NCBI GenBank assembly: GCA_009392285.1
Contig: VFGU01000012.1
Location: forward strand, 164,045-228,044
Direction: 5' to 3'
Length of the DNA stretch: 64,000 nt
From: SAR202 cluster bacterium
GTDB taxonomy: Bacteria; Chloroflexota; Dehalococcoidia; Lucifugimonadales; Lucifugimonadaceae
Made by a program: the position numbers and the translations under genes. Shown one piece after another: positions 1 through 9,644 of this stretch; position 1 is the first letter of the stretch; each line of letters opens with the position of its first letter. The notes below the pieces were generated by a model that saw only the letters and a program-made list of their open reading frames with translations, was not told where the DNA came from and made no database searches.

Positions 1-1674
1 TAATTCAATAGCCTTTTGTTGCTCGATTTTTTTCCTCTTTAAGTGATGATTGTATAGTCTGTTTATACAATCATTTAGTTCAGTTATCAAATCTTTCTCA
101 TTAGAATTAGGCAAAGGATAAGATTTTAAGTCTAATATTATTTCATTTAATATGTCATCAACCTCCAATTCAACCTCGTCTTCTGATTTTAAAATATCAA
201 AAATTGCTCTCAATTTGGGGTCTTCAAAAAGTTCATTTGATTGTTGTTTAATATAATTTTTTAGGAGTTTATTTTGCAAAATCAAGGCAATGATATGCTT
301 CTCGATAGGGCTTTGGTTATTTTTCATACCATTTGTTGTTGGGTTAGGAGATAACTTATTATTTATAATTTTAGGGGTAGGAAGTTTTTCTCTTTCTATA
401 TTTAACTTGGTTGCTAGAAGGCTTAAAGTTTCATCTTGAGAATGGCTATCTGTATTTTGAAATACAAGTTTATATACTACATTTGCAGCCTCAGTTCTTT
501 GAGTTTCATTTGTTAGGTCAAATACTAGGTCTAAGTTATTTATTAAATGTTTATATAGAGACGTGGAATTTGATATCACGTCCTTCCATTCTGATGGATT
601 TTGCCTAATAAGGTCATCAGGATCCTTTCCAGAATCTATTGAAGCTATATAAATAGATTTGTGGATATTAGATAAATCATTATTAGAATTTATTAATTTT
701 ATTAGGTTATTAACCGAAGCCCTTCTTCCCGCAACGTCTGAATCTAGACAGAGAATTATTTTTTTAGCGTAATTATTAGCTTTTTTTAGTTGATCAAATG
801 TTATTGATGTTCCCATGCATGCCACAACATTATTAAATCCTTCTGAGTGGGCAGCAAAGACATCCATATATCCTTCTACAATTACGCACTCTTTGCTGTT
901 TGATATAGATTCTTTTGCAATATTCAATCCGAAAAGAAGTTCAGATTTATTAAAAAGTTCTGTCTGAGGAGTATTTATATATTTTGGGGTTTTATTATTA
1001 AGAGATCTTCCACCAAATCCTACAAGAGTGCCATCTTCATTTCTGATTTCAATTGTTAATCTATCTACAAAAAAATCATGCCAAGTATTATCTGCCCATT
1101 TCTGTACAAGTCCTGATTCAACTGCTGCATTGCTCTTTACCCCTACTTTTTTTAAATGATCAACTAAAGTAGACAATCCAGTTGGACTAAGTCCAAAATT
1201 AAATTCTTTAATTTGTTCTTGAGAGAAACCCCTATCCTTAAGATAATTAATTGCTGGCAATCCGTATCTGCTATTTAGAGAATTTTTGAAAAAATCTGCA
1301 GCTGATTCAAGAGCATGATTTAAGTCTTCTTTAATGCTACTGTTCTTTTTCGATTTATATTTATTTAATTTAACTCCTGCCAATTCTGCGCATACATTCA
1401 GTGCTTCCACAAAGTTAATATTTTCTATTTTCATAATAAATGAAAAAATATCTCCTCCAGAAGTTCCTGCACAAGAACCACAATAACATTTAAAAGTTTG
1501 ACTCTCTGGGTATACAACAAAAGAAGGAGTATTTTCGGAATAAAACGGACACAAACCCTTCATTAATCTTGAATTACCCTTTAAATCAACATATTTTGAG
1601 ACTACATCAGTAATATTTAGTTGAGATTTAATTAAATCAACAACATCATGTTGATTGTCATTTGATACGGTCAT
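1..1674 (-). CDS. dnaG: DNA primase DnaG, C-terminus cut by window start
   Basis: Missing from the ORF track because the frame stays open to position 1. Manual translation from ATG 1674-1672 gives MTVSNDNQHDVVDLIKSQLNITDVVSKYVDLKG..LCPFYSENTPSFVVYPESQTFKCYCGSCAG (CHC2 zinc finger). Further in it gives ..CVIVEGYMDVFAAH.. (TOPRIM). The last 20 codons at positions 60-1 have no stop. Confidence 0.9.
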   Translation of the reverse strand, partial: MTVSNDNQHDVVDLIKSQLNITDVVSKYVDLKGNSRLMKGLCPFYSENTPSFVVYPESQTFKCYCGSCAGTSGGDIFSFIMKIENINFVEALNVCAELAGVKLNKYKSKKNSSIKEDLNHALESAADFFKNSLNSRYGLPAINYLKDRGFSQEQIKEFNFGLSPTGLSTLVDHLKKVGVKSNAAVESGLVQKWADNTWHDFFVDRLTIEIRNEDGTLVGFGGRSLNNKTPKYINTPQTELFNKSELLFGLNIAKESISNSKECVIVEGYMDVFAAHSEGFNNVVACMGTSITFDQLKKANNYAKKIILCLDSDVAGRRASVNNLIKLINSNNDLSNIHKSIYIASIDSGKDPDDLIRQNPSEWKDVISNSTSLYKHLINNLDLVFDLTNETQRTEAANVVYKLVFQNTDSHSQDETLSLLATKLNIEREKLPTPKIINNKLSPNPTTNGMKNNQSPIEKHIIALILQNKLLKNYIKQQSNELFEDPKLRAIFDILKSEDEVELEVDDILNEIILDLKSYPLPNSNEKDLITELNDCINRLYNHHLKRKKIEQQKAIEL

Positions 1675-1696
1675 TGTTTAATCATATCAAATTGAA

Positions 1697-1723
1697 CAAG
1701 GCTAGGACAACCAGGCTCCCTTG
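1697..1723 (-). terminator. GC-rich imperfect hairpin between dgt and dnaG (possible attenuator or terminator)
   Basis: CAAGG (1697-1701) pairs with CCTTG (1719-1723), with inner GG/CC pairs around a 4-nt loop. The stretch is far more GC-rich than its surroundings. On the minus strand it is followed by TTCAATTT. The stem is imperfect and the U-tract weak. Confidence 0.3.
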
Positions 1724-1733
1724 GTGAAATAAT

Positions 1734-2816
1734 CTAGAGCCTTCCTTCAAACACGTCTGACGCTAATGATGGATCTAATGTTTCTGCAAACCTGAGTGCA
1801 AAATCATCTGTCATTCCTGTAATGTAATCAATTACAGATTTTTCTAAGTTACCATCAGAGACCTCTAATAAATAATCTGGGATCAATTCTGAATTATTCA
1901 TTAAGTAGTCGAACAAGATATCTATTATTCTCATGGAACTAATTGCAGCTGAAGAATTTGATACAGGTAAGTAGATATTCTCAAACATGTAATTTCTTAA
2001 TTCAGTAACTATATCAATTAGTTCTTTTGACATTCTTATCCAAGGGTCAGATTTGCCTTTACTTCCCATGCAATCAGATGAGTTATCAATTATATTTGTT
2101 ACAAGGGTATTCACTCTATCTGAGTGATTTTCTCCAATTACCTGAATAATATTATTTGGTAAATCTCTTATATCTAGTAAACCTGCCCTTGTAGCATCGT
2201 TTATATCACTAGTAACATATGCGATAAAATCAGATATCCTAACTATCTGGCCCTCCAAAGAAAGTCCCTCTATAAATTCTTTTGCAAAAAATTTTCCTTG
2301 GGGTTTTGAGTGCCTCTTTATTCCATCGATAACTTCATAATTTAGATTCAAACCTTTTCCGTTCTTTTCTAATTTTTCTATAATTCTTACACTTTGCCTG
2401 CTATGATGAAAACCATCTGAAGAAATCTTATTTAATGCAGTTTCTCCTACATGCCCAAATGGCGAATGCCCTAAATCATGACCCAAAGCAATAGCTTCAG
2501 TAAGATCTTCATTTAACCTCAAAGCCCTACTAATTGTCCTGCTTATTTGAGCTACCTCAATAGTGTGAGTAAGTCTAGTTACAAAGTGATCACCTAGGGG
2601 TGCTATAAATACCTGACTTTTATGTTTCAATCTTCTAAATGAATTAGTATGAATGATTCTGTCTTTATCAATTTGAAAGACATTTCTAATATCATTTTTT
2701 AGTTTTTCAGGTTTTATTCTCCCTTTTGTGTTTTTTGATGTTATTGCATGGGGTGATAGTAACGATTCTAATTCTTTTTGATGGTCTGATATTTTTTTTC
2801 TTGATTCTTTTTCCAA
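1734..2816 (-). CDS. dgt: dGTP triphosphohydrolase-like HD-domain protein
   Basis: HD motif HDLGHSPFGH and RLTHTIEVAQI. It lies directly upstream of dnaG, an adjacency I recall from Actinobacteria (from memory, unverified). Confidence 0.85.
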   Translation of the reverse strand: MEKESRKKISDHQKELESLLSPHAITSKNTKGRIKPEKLKNDIRNVFQIDKDRIIHTNSFRRLKHKSQVFIAPLGDHFVTRLTHTIEVAQISRTISRALRLNEDLTEAIALGHDLGHSPFGHVGETALNKISSDGFHHSRQSVRIIEKLEKNGKGLNLNYEVIDGIKRHSKPQGKFFAKEFIEGLSLEGQIVRISDFIAYVTSDINDATRAGLLDIRDLPNNIIQVIGENHSDRVNTLVTNIIDNSSDCMGSKGKSDPWIRMSKELIDIVTELRNYMFENIYLPVSNSSAAISSMRIIDILFDYLMNNSELIPDYLLEVSDGNLEKSVIDYITGMTDDFALRFAETLDPSLASDVFEGRL

Positions 2817-2824
2817 TTTTCCCT

Positions 2825-3424
2825 CTAATAAAATTCTATAAGCCCTACATCTAAATTAGCAACATAGTCCCTTCCATATGCAACTATTCCCAAGGTTCTG
2901 ATATCTGAACTTTTAAAGCCTTTAGGTTGATAAAAATTTGATCTTTTAAATGAGTCGAAAGGTAATTCTATTTCAGTCCATTTTTTAGGCGCATAAAATT
3001 CTAGTGAATAATATTGCCATGGAAGTACTGTGCGATTAGTTCTTATATGAATATTATAATTCTCATCATTCCCTCTTACCTTTATCTTAACCCCATTAAA
3101 AATTTTATCGGTATTAGATAGCTTGGTTAAATCTGCTCTAAATTGAATAAATCCTCCGTTATTTGCGGTACTTACATCTCCTGTCATACGATAAAATTTT
3201 GAACCACTTTCTGATCCTATTTCTAATTTTCCAGAAGAAATTCCACCCATTACTCTGTCGGTAAAGAATATCCATTCTTGGTTTTTTTCAGGAGTTAGAT
3301 TATCTATTATCATGGTTTCTGTTTTTAAACTATCTTCATTTAATCTTAAATAGGCAAAATACCCAACTGAAATTAATCCTATCAATATTGTCGAAATGAT
3401 TAAATATTTATATAAATTATTCAT
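2825..3424 (-). CDS. Membrane-anchored CIA30-domain protein
   Basis: N-terminal TM helix followed by W.FFTDRVMGGISSG, which is typical of the complex I intermediate-associated protein 30 fold. Confidence 0.6.
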   Translation of the reverse strand: MNNLYKYLIISTILIGLISVGYFAYLRLNEDSLKTETMIIDNLTPEKNQEWIFFTDRVMGGISSGKLEIGSESGSKFYRMTGDVSTANNGGFIQFRADLTKLSNTDKIFNGVKIKVRGNDENYNIHIRTNRTVLPWQYYSLEFYAPKKWTEIELPFDSFKRSNFYQPKGFKSSDIRTLGIVAYGRDYVANLDVGLIEFY

Positions 3425-3510
3425 ATTTCTATTCTCATAAGGCCCGCCTTATAAATATTAAGCCATGACCGAGTTGAATTGTTTGCAAAAATTATATTTT
3501 ATCAATATTT

Positions 3511-5322
3511 CTACTCAACAGTTACTGTTTTTGCCAGATTCCTTGGTCTGTCAGGATTAATCTTTAGCCTTAAAGATGAATAAAGAGATATTAGTTGAAG
3601 TTGAATAACGTATAATATTGGATCTATGAAAAAGTTGTGACTTTCTATTGTTAAGTAATTACTTAATAACTTGTTAGTATTATCATCATCTTTATCTATA
3701 AGTCCTATTACCTCTCCATTTCTTGCTTGTATCTCATTTATTGTACTTATCATCTTTGGGTAAGTTTCATCTGGAGGGCAAAGTACAATTGATGGCATGT
3801 TATCTCCAATTAAGGCATTAACTCCATGTTTCATTTCTCCTGCAGCGTAACCTTCGGAATGAATATAGCAAATTTCTTTCATCTTCAAGGCCCCTTCCAT
3901 AGCAATTGGATACATAATGCCTCTGCCCAGATACAATATATGCTCTTTTGATGAAAGTATTTTGGCTATTTCTTTAGTGTCTTTAGTATCGAGCAATAGT
4001 GACTCTATTTTCGAATCGAGCCCTAGAAGGTTATTTTCTAGATTTTTCTTATTTTCATTATCTCTAGAAAGATATACAGAAATTATATATAGAGTGAGCG
4101 CAGTCGCAGTAAAAGTTTTAGTTGAGGCTACAGCATACTCTGGCCCACAACCTATGTTCACATTAGTATCAGAAATTATTGATGCCTGCGATATATTTTT
4201 TTCTGTTACTGAAATGGTTTTTGCACCTTTAGATTTCGCATATTCTAAAGCTTTGATTGTCTCAGCAGTTTCTCCAGACTGAGTTACTCCAATTACCAAA
4301 TCATTACTGTCTATTATTCTTTTTGAATCTATAAATTCTGATGCATTAATTGTTTCGCTTTTTAAGGAAGAAATAGATTCGAAATAATATGATCCTAGCA
4401 AGCCAGCATTGAATGAGCTACCCATTCCTATTACAAGAACTCTTTGGATATTTTCAAATTTTATATTGGACTCATTTAATTTATTTATAATAAGGTCATT
4501 TTTATCATCAATTATCCTTTTTATAGATTTTTTCTGGTAGAAAATTTCTTCTTCCATTTTGTATTGATAGGTTTCATTATCCTCTAATATAGTATTAGTT
4601 TTTATATTCACAACTCTTTTGTTAGGTTCTTTATTCTCTCTAATAAAATTATTTTTATGCTTTGAAATTATTGCTATTTCGTTGTCTACTAGATACCTAT
4701 ATGAGTCACTGAATTTAGTTATTATTGTAGGGTCACTGCATATTATTTTTTCACCAGATTTATTTTCACTAATTACAAGTCCACCTGAATTCCCTTTTTT
4801 AATTAGAAAAATATCATTCGGGCTATCTTTGCTTATTCCAACAATTGAAGATGAGCCTGTTATAGAATCCATGGTCTTCTCTAATGCATCTTTTATTTCT
4901 GATTCTGCTAGGTTGAATTCTATTAAATTGGCTATAATTTCAGAATCCGTTTCAGAAGTAAAATTGTAACCACTTTTTATTAAGTTATTTTTAATTTCTT
5001 GATAGTTCTCAACTATTCCATTATGAACAATTAAAATCTTGCTGTTTGAACTTATTTGAGGGTGTGCATTTTTTTCATTAATCTTCCCATGCGTAGCCCA
5101 CCTAGTATGAGAGATGCCAGTAGTACCATCTATCTCGTTAAGAATTTCTTGCTTTATCCTATCTATCGTACCTGTAGTTTTCTTAATTAAGAATTTGTTT
5201 TCTTTACTGTCGTATATAGCTATGCCCGCACTATCATATCCTCTATATTCCAGAGATCTTGTTAGATCAATTAATATTTTTGAAGCATTTTCTTTTCCTA
5301 TATATCCAACTATTCCGCACAT
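3511..5322 (-). CDS. glmS: Glutamine--fructose-6-phosphate aminotransferase
   Basis: MCGIVGY Ntn-amidotransferase start, two SIS regions and a C-terminal AKTVTVE; 603 aa. Confidence 0.97.
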   Translation of the reverse strand: MCGIVGYIGKENASKILIDLTRSLEYRGYDSAGIAIYDSKENKFLIKKTTGTIDRIKQEILNEIDGTTGISHTRWATHGKINEKNAHPQISSNSKILIVHNGIVENYQEIKNNLIKSGYNFTSETDSEIIANLIEFNLAESEIKDALEKTMDSITGSSSIVGISKDSPNDIFLIKKGNSGGLVISENKSGEKIICSDPTIITKFSDSYRYLVDNEIAIISKHKNNFIRENKEPNKRVVNIKTNTILEDNETYQYKMEEEIFYQKKSIKRIIDDKNDLIINKLNESNIKFENIQRVLVIGMGSSFNAGLLGSYYFESISSLKSETINASEFIDSKRIIDSNDLVIGVTQSGETAETIKALEYAKSKGAKTISVTEKNISQASIISDTNVNIGCGPEYAVASTKTFTATALTLYIISVYLSRDNENKKNLENNLLGLDSKIESLLLDTKDTKEIAKILSSKEHILYLGRGIMYPIAMEGALKMKEICYIHSEGYAAGEMKHGVNALIGDNMPSIVLCPPDETYPKMISTINEIQARNGEVIGLIDKDDDNTNKLLSNYLTIESHNFFIDPILYVIQLQLISLYSSLRLKINPDRPRNLAKTVTVE

Positions 5323-5326
5323 ATTC

Positions 5327-6001
5327 CTAATTATCTTTAGTTAAAAGGTAATCTTTCTTAGAGTTGTTTTTATACACCCCTCTTTTTTCTAGAGGTAATA
5401 ATTCAGATATTCTTAACATCATTTCATCTGTTAAATCTTTAAAGAACCCTTTTTCCTTTATCAATTTTGATGTTTTATTTATCTTGAAAGGTTTACCTAT
5501 TGTAACAGTTATATTGCCGCTAGGGTTAAATACCCTAAACAAACCTTTCAGATGACTAGTTCCTACAATTCCTACAGGTAGAATCACAGGATCTAGGTTG
5601 TAAGCTAATTTTGCTGCTCCAGGTTTTCCATATAATAGTTCTCCATCGCTTCTTGTACCTTCAGGAAATATTGAAATGGATCCATTTTTTATACTTAAAG
5701 TTTCTTTCATTTTCTTGAACGAATTTATATCGGCAACTCCTCTTTTAATAGGAAATGCACCATACGCTCTTAGAAAAAAATTCATTAATGGATTTTTAAA
5801 TAACTCTATCTTTGCTGGAAATTTCAATCTTCTGTTTATTGATGCACCCAAAAGTCCTGCATCTATATTGGATTGGTGGTTAGATATTATAAGGAGATTT
5901 CCTCTTTTGGGAATAAGATTGCTGTTTATAACTCTATATTTAGTCCATATCTTTAGGTTTAATTTAAGAGTTATGCAAGATATATTATATAGAATGTTCA
6001 T
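5327..6001 (-). CDS. plsC: 1-acyl-sn-glycerol-3-phosphate acyltransferase
   Basis: NHQSNID (HX4D) and FPEGTRS motifs. Confidence 0.85.
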   Translation of the reverse strand: MNILYNISCITLKLNLKIWTKYRVINSNLIPKRGNLLIISNHQSNIDAGLLGASINRRLKFPAKIELFKNPLMNFFLRAYGAFPIKRGVADINSFKKMKETLSIKNGSISIFPEGTRSDGELLYGKPGAAKLAYNLDPVILPVGIVGTSHLKGLFRVFNPSGNITVTIGKPFKINKTSKLIKEKGFFKDLTDEMMLRISELLPLEKRGVYKNNSKKDYLLTKDN

Positions 6002-6635
6002 TATCTATTTCTTTGATAATTTTATTACTTACTTCTATGATATCTATACCTTCTGTGTCAATAATTACAGCATTTTCAGGAGTCTTCAAAGGAGCAACTT
6101 CTCTAGTAGAATCAATAACATCTCTATTTTTAATAGATTCAAGTATATCTGAATAGCTTTGATCTTCTCTTTCAGCAAACCTTCTTCTTGCCCTTTCCTC
6201 AATAGATGCGATTAAGAAGATTTTTAATTCTGCATTAGGTAAAACAACAGTTCCAATATCTCTGCCAACCACAACAAAATTTTTATCACTTACTATCGAT
6301 CTTTGGAGTGAAGTCATTTTGTCTCTCACCTCAGGAATTTTAGAAACTAAAGAAACGTTATTGTCTACTTCTTTAGATAAAATTTCATCTGTTATATCAA
6401 TTTTGTTTAAATAAACAGATTCCTTTTTTTCTTTATATGAATAATTAATTTTTGTTTTATCTAAATGCTTGATAATTTCTTTTTTTTCTAGACTTATTGA
6501 ATCTTTAATTAATTTTAAAGTAAATGCTCTGTATATTTTTCCGGTATCTAGAAAGTCAAAATTTAGCCTATTGGCAGTTAGGATTCCTACTGTAGTTTTA
6601 CCGGTACCTGCCGCACCATCGATTGTTATTATCAC
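5985..6635 (-). CDS. cmk: Cytidylate kinase
   Basis: GTG start and P-loop IDGAAGTGKTT. Overlaps the holB stop by 1 nt. Confidence 0.9.
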   Translation of the reverse strand: MIITIDGAAGTGKTTVGILTANRLNFDFLDTGKIYRAFTLKLIKDSISLEKKEIIKHLDKTKINYSYKEKKESVYLNKIDITDEILSKEVDNNVSLVSKIPEVRDKMTSLQRSIVSDKNFVVVGRDIGTVVLPNAELKIFLIASIEERARRRFAEREDQSYSDILESIKNRDVIDSTREVAPLKTPENAVIIDTEGIDIIEVSNKIIKEIDNEHSI

Positions 6636-7660
6636 TATACCTCCAAGTTGATTATGAAGTTATCAAAAACCAATGAAGGAATAGCATTAAATTTAAGATT
6701 ATTTTCTGCACTTAAGATGTTTTCAATATTTTTCTTAATTTTTAATTTATTCTTCTCTTTTATTAATTTTAGAATAGATATAGTTTCCAAGTTTTCATCA
6801 GCATCTTCAGCCCTCAGTATCTTTCTAAATAAATTTTTCCATATTCTTAATTCATTCAAGACTCTTTCTTTGTCTTTTCTATAAAGTAATGATAGTTCTT
6901 TTGAGTAATTCAATTTATCAGACATGGGTGAGTTAAAAATTTTTACTATTCTTCTGAGCACCTCTTGCCTCTCTTCAAAGAAAATTGGATCATTTAACAT
7001 ATCAGATGCCTCGCCTAAAGTTGGTGATCCAAATGACATTATTTCTGCAATATCTTTTTCTCTATCTGGATACTTTTCTAATAATATTTCTAAAATATTT
7101 TGGTTAGATATTTTATTTAATTTCCATATTTGGCACCTTGAAATAATTGTTTCAGTGAGATCTGAAAGATTTTCTATTAAAAATATTATTAGGAAATTGC
7201 TATCAATATCTTCTAATGTTTTAAGTAAACTTTCAGAAGATACTTTTGAAAGGTAGTTGGCCTGATTAATAACTACAACTTTATAATTACTCATAAAAGG
7301 CTTAAATCTAGATTTGCTAATAATGTTCTCAGATATTACACACTCTCTTATTTGTTGACCCTTAGTAGATTTGCAACTCACACATTTTGTATCTGAGCAC
7401 ATAGAAGATCTTTCTATAATTGTAAAATCTGGATGAGCAAGATTATTTATTTTATCGCATGATATACATTTACATATTTTATCTTTATCAGATGAATCGT
7501 CTTGGCAATTAATTAATTTAGAGAAATCTTTAGCAAGGGACATTTTGCCGAGCCCCTTTTCTCCATATAAAATTAGCGAATTAGGGACTTTCTTTTCATC
7601 GTAGATTTTATATAAATTCTGAGTTATTTCTTTCTGTCCTAGCGTTTCCCAGTAAAAGAT
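6635..7660 (-). CDS. holB: DNA polymerase III delta-prime subunit; N-terminus extended beyond the ORF-track ATG
   Basis: The frame upstream of ATG 7543 stays open to the TGA at 7678-7676. It encodes IIFYWETLGQKEITQNLYKIYDEKKVPNSLILYGEKGLGK, the clamp-loader opening plus Walker A. Downstream come C.C.SC....HPD and SRCQ. No ATG/GTG/TTG is in frame, so the start is probably ATC 7660 or ATA 7663. Confidence 0.8.
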   Translation of the reverse strand: MFYWETLGQKEITQNLYKIYDEKKVPNSLILYGEKGLGKMSLAKDFSKLINCQDDSSDKDKICKCISCDKINNLAHPDFTIIERSSMCSDTKCVSCKSTKGQQIRECVISENIISKSRFKPFMSNYKVVVINQANYLSKVSSESLLKTLEDIDSNFLIIFLIENLSDLTETIISRCQIWKLNKISNQNILEILLEKYPDREKDIAEIMSFGSPTLGEASDMLNDPIFFEERQEVLRRIVKIFNSPMSDKLNYSKELSLLYRKDKERVLNELRIWKNLFRKILRAEDADENLETISILKLIKEKNKLKIKKNIENILSAENNLKFNAIPSLVFDNFIINLEV

Positions 7661-8994
7661 TATTCCTCCCGGATTTCACTTGTAAGAAGAACATCGTCAT
7701 AAGTTTCGCGTCTTCTAATGATTTTTATTTTTCTTTCAGCAATTAGTAGTATTGCTGGCCGTAAACTTACATTATAATTGCTTGACATAGAACTGTTGTA
7801 TGCTCCAGAAACAGGTATGGCAATTAAATCTTTAGGTTCAGGGTTTGGAAGAAGCACATTTTCGACTAGTTTATCTCCAGTTTCACAATATTTTCCTGCA
7901 ATTGTTACTAATTTGTCATGATTAATTTTTGCTTTATTAACTGACATTGCAGTATAAGTAGAACCATATAAGGCTGGCCTAATATTATCAGCCATTCCTC
8001 CGTCTACACTTACATATGTTTTGAGGTCTGGTATATTTTTTATACCTCCAACTGTATATATTGCTATTCCTGACCTAGCAACAATTGCTCTTCCTGGTTC
8101 TATTACCAATTTAGGATAGTCTATCCCTAGGCTTGCAACATTATTTTTAACAGATTCACATATGGTCTCTGCATACTGATCTGCAGTTACAATTGGATCT
8201 TCCTGAGTATAAGCAACAGCAAAGCCACCTCCCACATTGAAGATTTCTAATTTTTTATTTTTTGGATAATTATTCTTTATAAATTCAAAAACGTAATCAA
8301 TTGCCTCAGAGTAAGGTTTTAATTCGAATATCGGGGAACCAAGATGGAAATGTATTCCTTTGAGATTTAAGTTATCTTTTGAGTTAGCCACATCCAATGC
8401 TTCTTTTGCAGCCCCAGTTTCTATTGAGAAGCCGAATTTGGTATCAAGTATTCCTGTTGAGGTCAATTCATGGGTGTGAGGGTCCACACTAGGCGACAGT
8501 CTAAGAGTTATATCTTGGAAAATGTTATTTTTTTTACAAATTGCATCTAATATGTCTAATTCATAAAAACTATCAATTGTAATGAGCCCTATATTATTGT
8601 TTACAGCTTTAGTTAATTCATGCTCACTTTTATTATTTCCATGAAAATTAACCTCTTTCATAGGAAATTCAGATCTAATTAAAACTTCTAATTCCCCCCC
8701 AGATACAACATCTATTCCCAAATTTTCTTCGTTTAATATTTTTACTAATTCAGGATTAGTAAAGGCTTTTGAAGAATAAGAGACATGAACATTGTCATAT
8801 CTAGACTTAAATCCATTCAAAAAAGATCTGGCACTGTCTCTAATTGTTTTTTCATCATAAATATAAAGGGGTGAGCCATATTCTGATACTAATTTAGATA
8901 GGTCAAATCCTCCTATTTCTAAATTACCCGCTTTATTTATTCCTGTTCCTGCAGGAAAGATATGTTTTAGTTTTTCTAGAGATTGTTCATTCAT
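7660..8994 (-). CDS. lysA: Diaminopimelate decarboxylase
   Basis: Fold-III PLP decarboxylase motifs YSSKAF, NVGGGFAV and EPGRAIVA; 444 aa. Confidence 0.92.
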   Translation of the reverse strand: MNEQSLEKLKHIFPAGTGINKAGNLEIGGFDLSKLVSEYGSPLYIYDEKTIRDSARSFLNGFKSRYDNVHVSYSSKAFTNPELVKILNEENLGIDVVSGGELEVLIRSEFPMKEVNFHGNNKSEHELTKAVNNNIGLITIDSFYELDILDAICKKNNIFQDITLRLSPSVDPHTHELTSTGILDTKFGFSIETGAAKEALDVANSKDNLNLKGIHFHLGSPIFELKPYSEAIDYVFEFIKNNYPKNKKLEIFNVGGGFAVAYTQEDPIVTADQYAETICESVKNNVASLGIDYPKLVIEPGRAIVARSGIAIYTVGGIKNIPDLKTYVSVDGGMADNIRPALYGSTYTAMSVNKAKINHDKLVTIAGKYCETGDKLVENVLLPNPEPKDLIAIPVSGAYNSSMSSNYNVSLRPAILLIAERKIKIIRRRETYDDVLLTSEIREE

Positions 8995-9641
8995 ATTTTT
9001 TTGATTATATCTAATTGTTTGGCTTTGATGTATTTCCTGAATTCATTTTCTAAATCTATATTTTTTTTAGCGGCTGTAGAAGTTAATTCAAATAAGATAT
9101 TAGTAATCTCTTCATTCGAAAAATTATCATATTTTTTTGTTTTATTTAGATCAATATTTACGTCTAGAGATTTTTTGTATAGCTCATAAGCAAATGATAG
9201 GGACGGGAGTGTGTTAGTTATATTTTTTATATAATGTTGATCGTTTTGACTTTCCGACTTTTTCATTTTGCCCCAGTTTTCTAAAACTTTTTCTGAATTG
9301 ATATCATTTTTTTTATCTTTAAAAACATGGGGGTGCCTTTTTATTAATTTGTCATTAATAGATTTTATTACATCAGATAGTTTGAATTCGCCCTTTTCTT
9401 CTCTGATTAAACTTTGTATTAGTATCTGAAAAAGTAAATCCCCTAGTTCATCTTTTAAACCTTCCCAATTATTATTATCTATGCATTCTAGGACTTCATA
9501 TGTTTCTTGTAGGATATATTGAGATAATGACTCCGAAGTTTGTTCTCGATCCCAAGGGCAGCCTTGATCAGACCTAAGTTTTTCTACAGTGTTTACTAGG
9601 TCAATAAAGTTTTTTTCAATTTGAATGTTTGTTGATTTCAT
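8991..9641 (-). CDS. mazG: MazG-family nucleoside triphosphate pyrophosphohydrolase
   Basis: GCPWDREQT and the EETYEVLE motif. Confidence 0.85.
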   Translation of the reverse strand: MKSTNIQIEKNFIDLVNTVEKLRSDQGCPWDREQTSESLSQYILQETYEVLECIDNNNWEGLKDELGDLLFQILIQSLIREEKGEFKLSDVIKSINDKLIKRHPHVFKDKKNDINSEKVLENWGKMKKSESQNDQHYIKNITNTLPSLSFAYELYKKSLDVNIDLNKTKKYDNFSNEEITNILFELTSTAAKKNIDLENEFRKYIKAKQLDIIKKI

Positions 9642-9644
9642 AAT

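Noticed and set aside
411-608. 65-aa plus-strand ORF from the track
   Set aside because: It lies entirely antisense inside dnaG, is low-complexity and Leu/Phe-rich as expected for the reverse strand of an AT-rich gene, and has no recognisable motif.
3437-3452. Small hairpin ATAAGG-CGGG-CCTTAT (minus-strand reading) downstream of glmS as an intrinsic terminator
   Set aside because: The stem is only 6-7 bp and no T-run follows it. It lies 12 nt before the next start codon. I could not separate a functional element from chance.
5323-5326. glmS ribozyme / riboswitch upstream of glmS
   Set aside because: plsC ends 4 nt before the glmS start, so there is no leader to hold a ribozyme. The same argument excludes an L-box before lysC (10 nt) and a T-box before metG (9 nt).
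3917-5344. Three plus-strand ORFs (3917-4282, 4619-4969, 5114-5344)
   Set aside because: All are antisense within the strongly supported glmS CDS. Their composition is typical of shadow ORFs.
5676-6152. 158-aa plus-strand ORF
   Set aside because: It is antisense across the plsC/cmk junction, and both of those genes have clear catalytic motifs.
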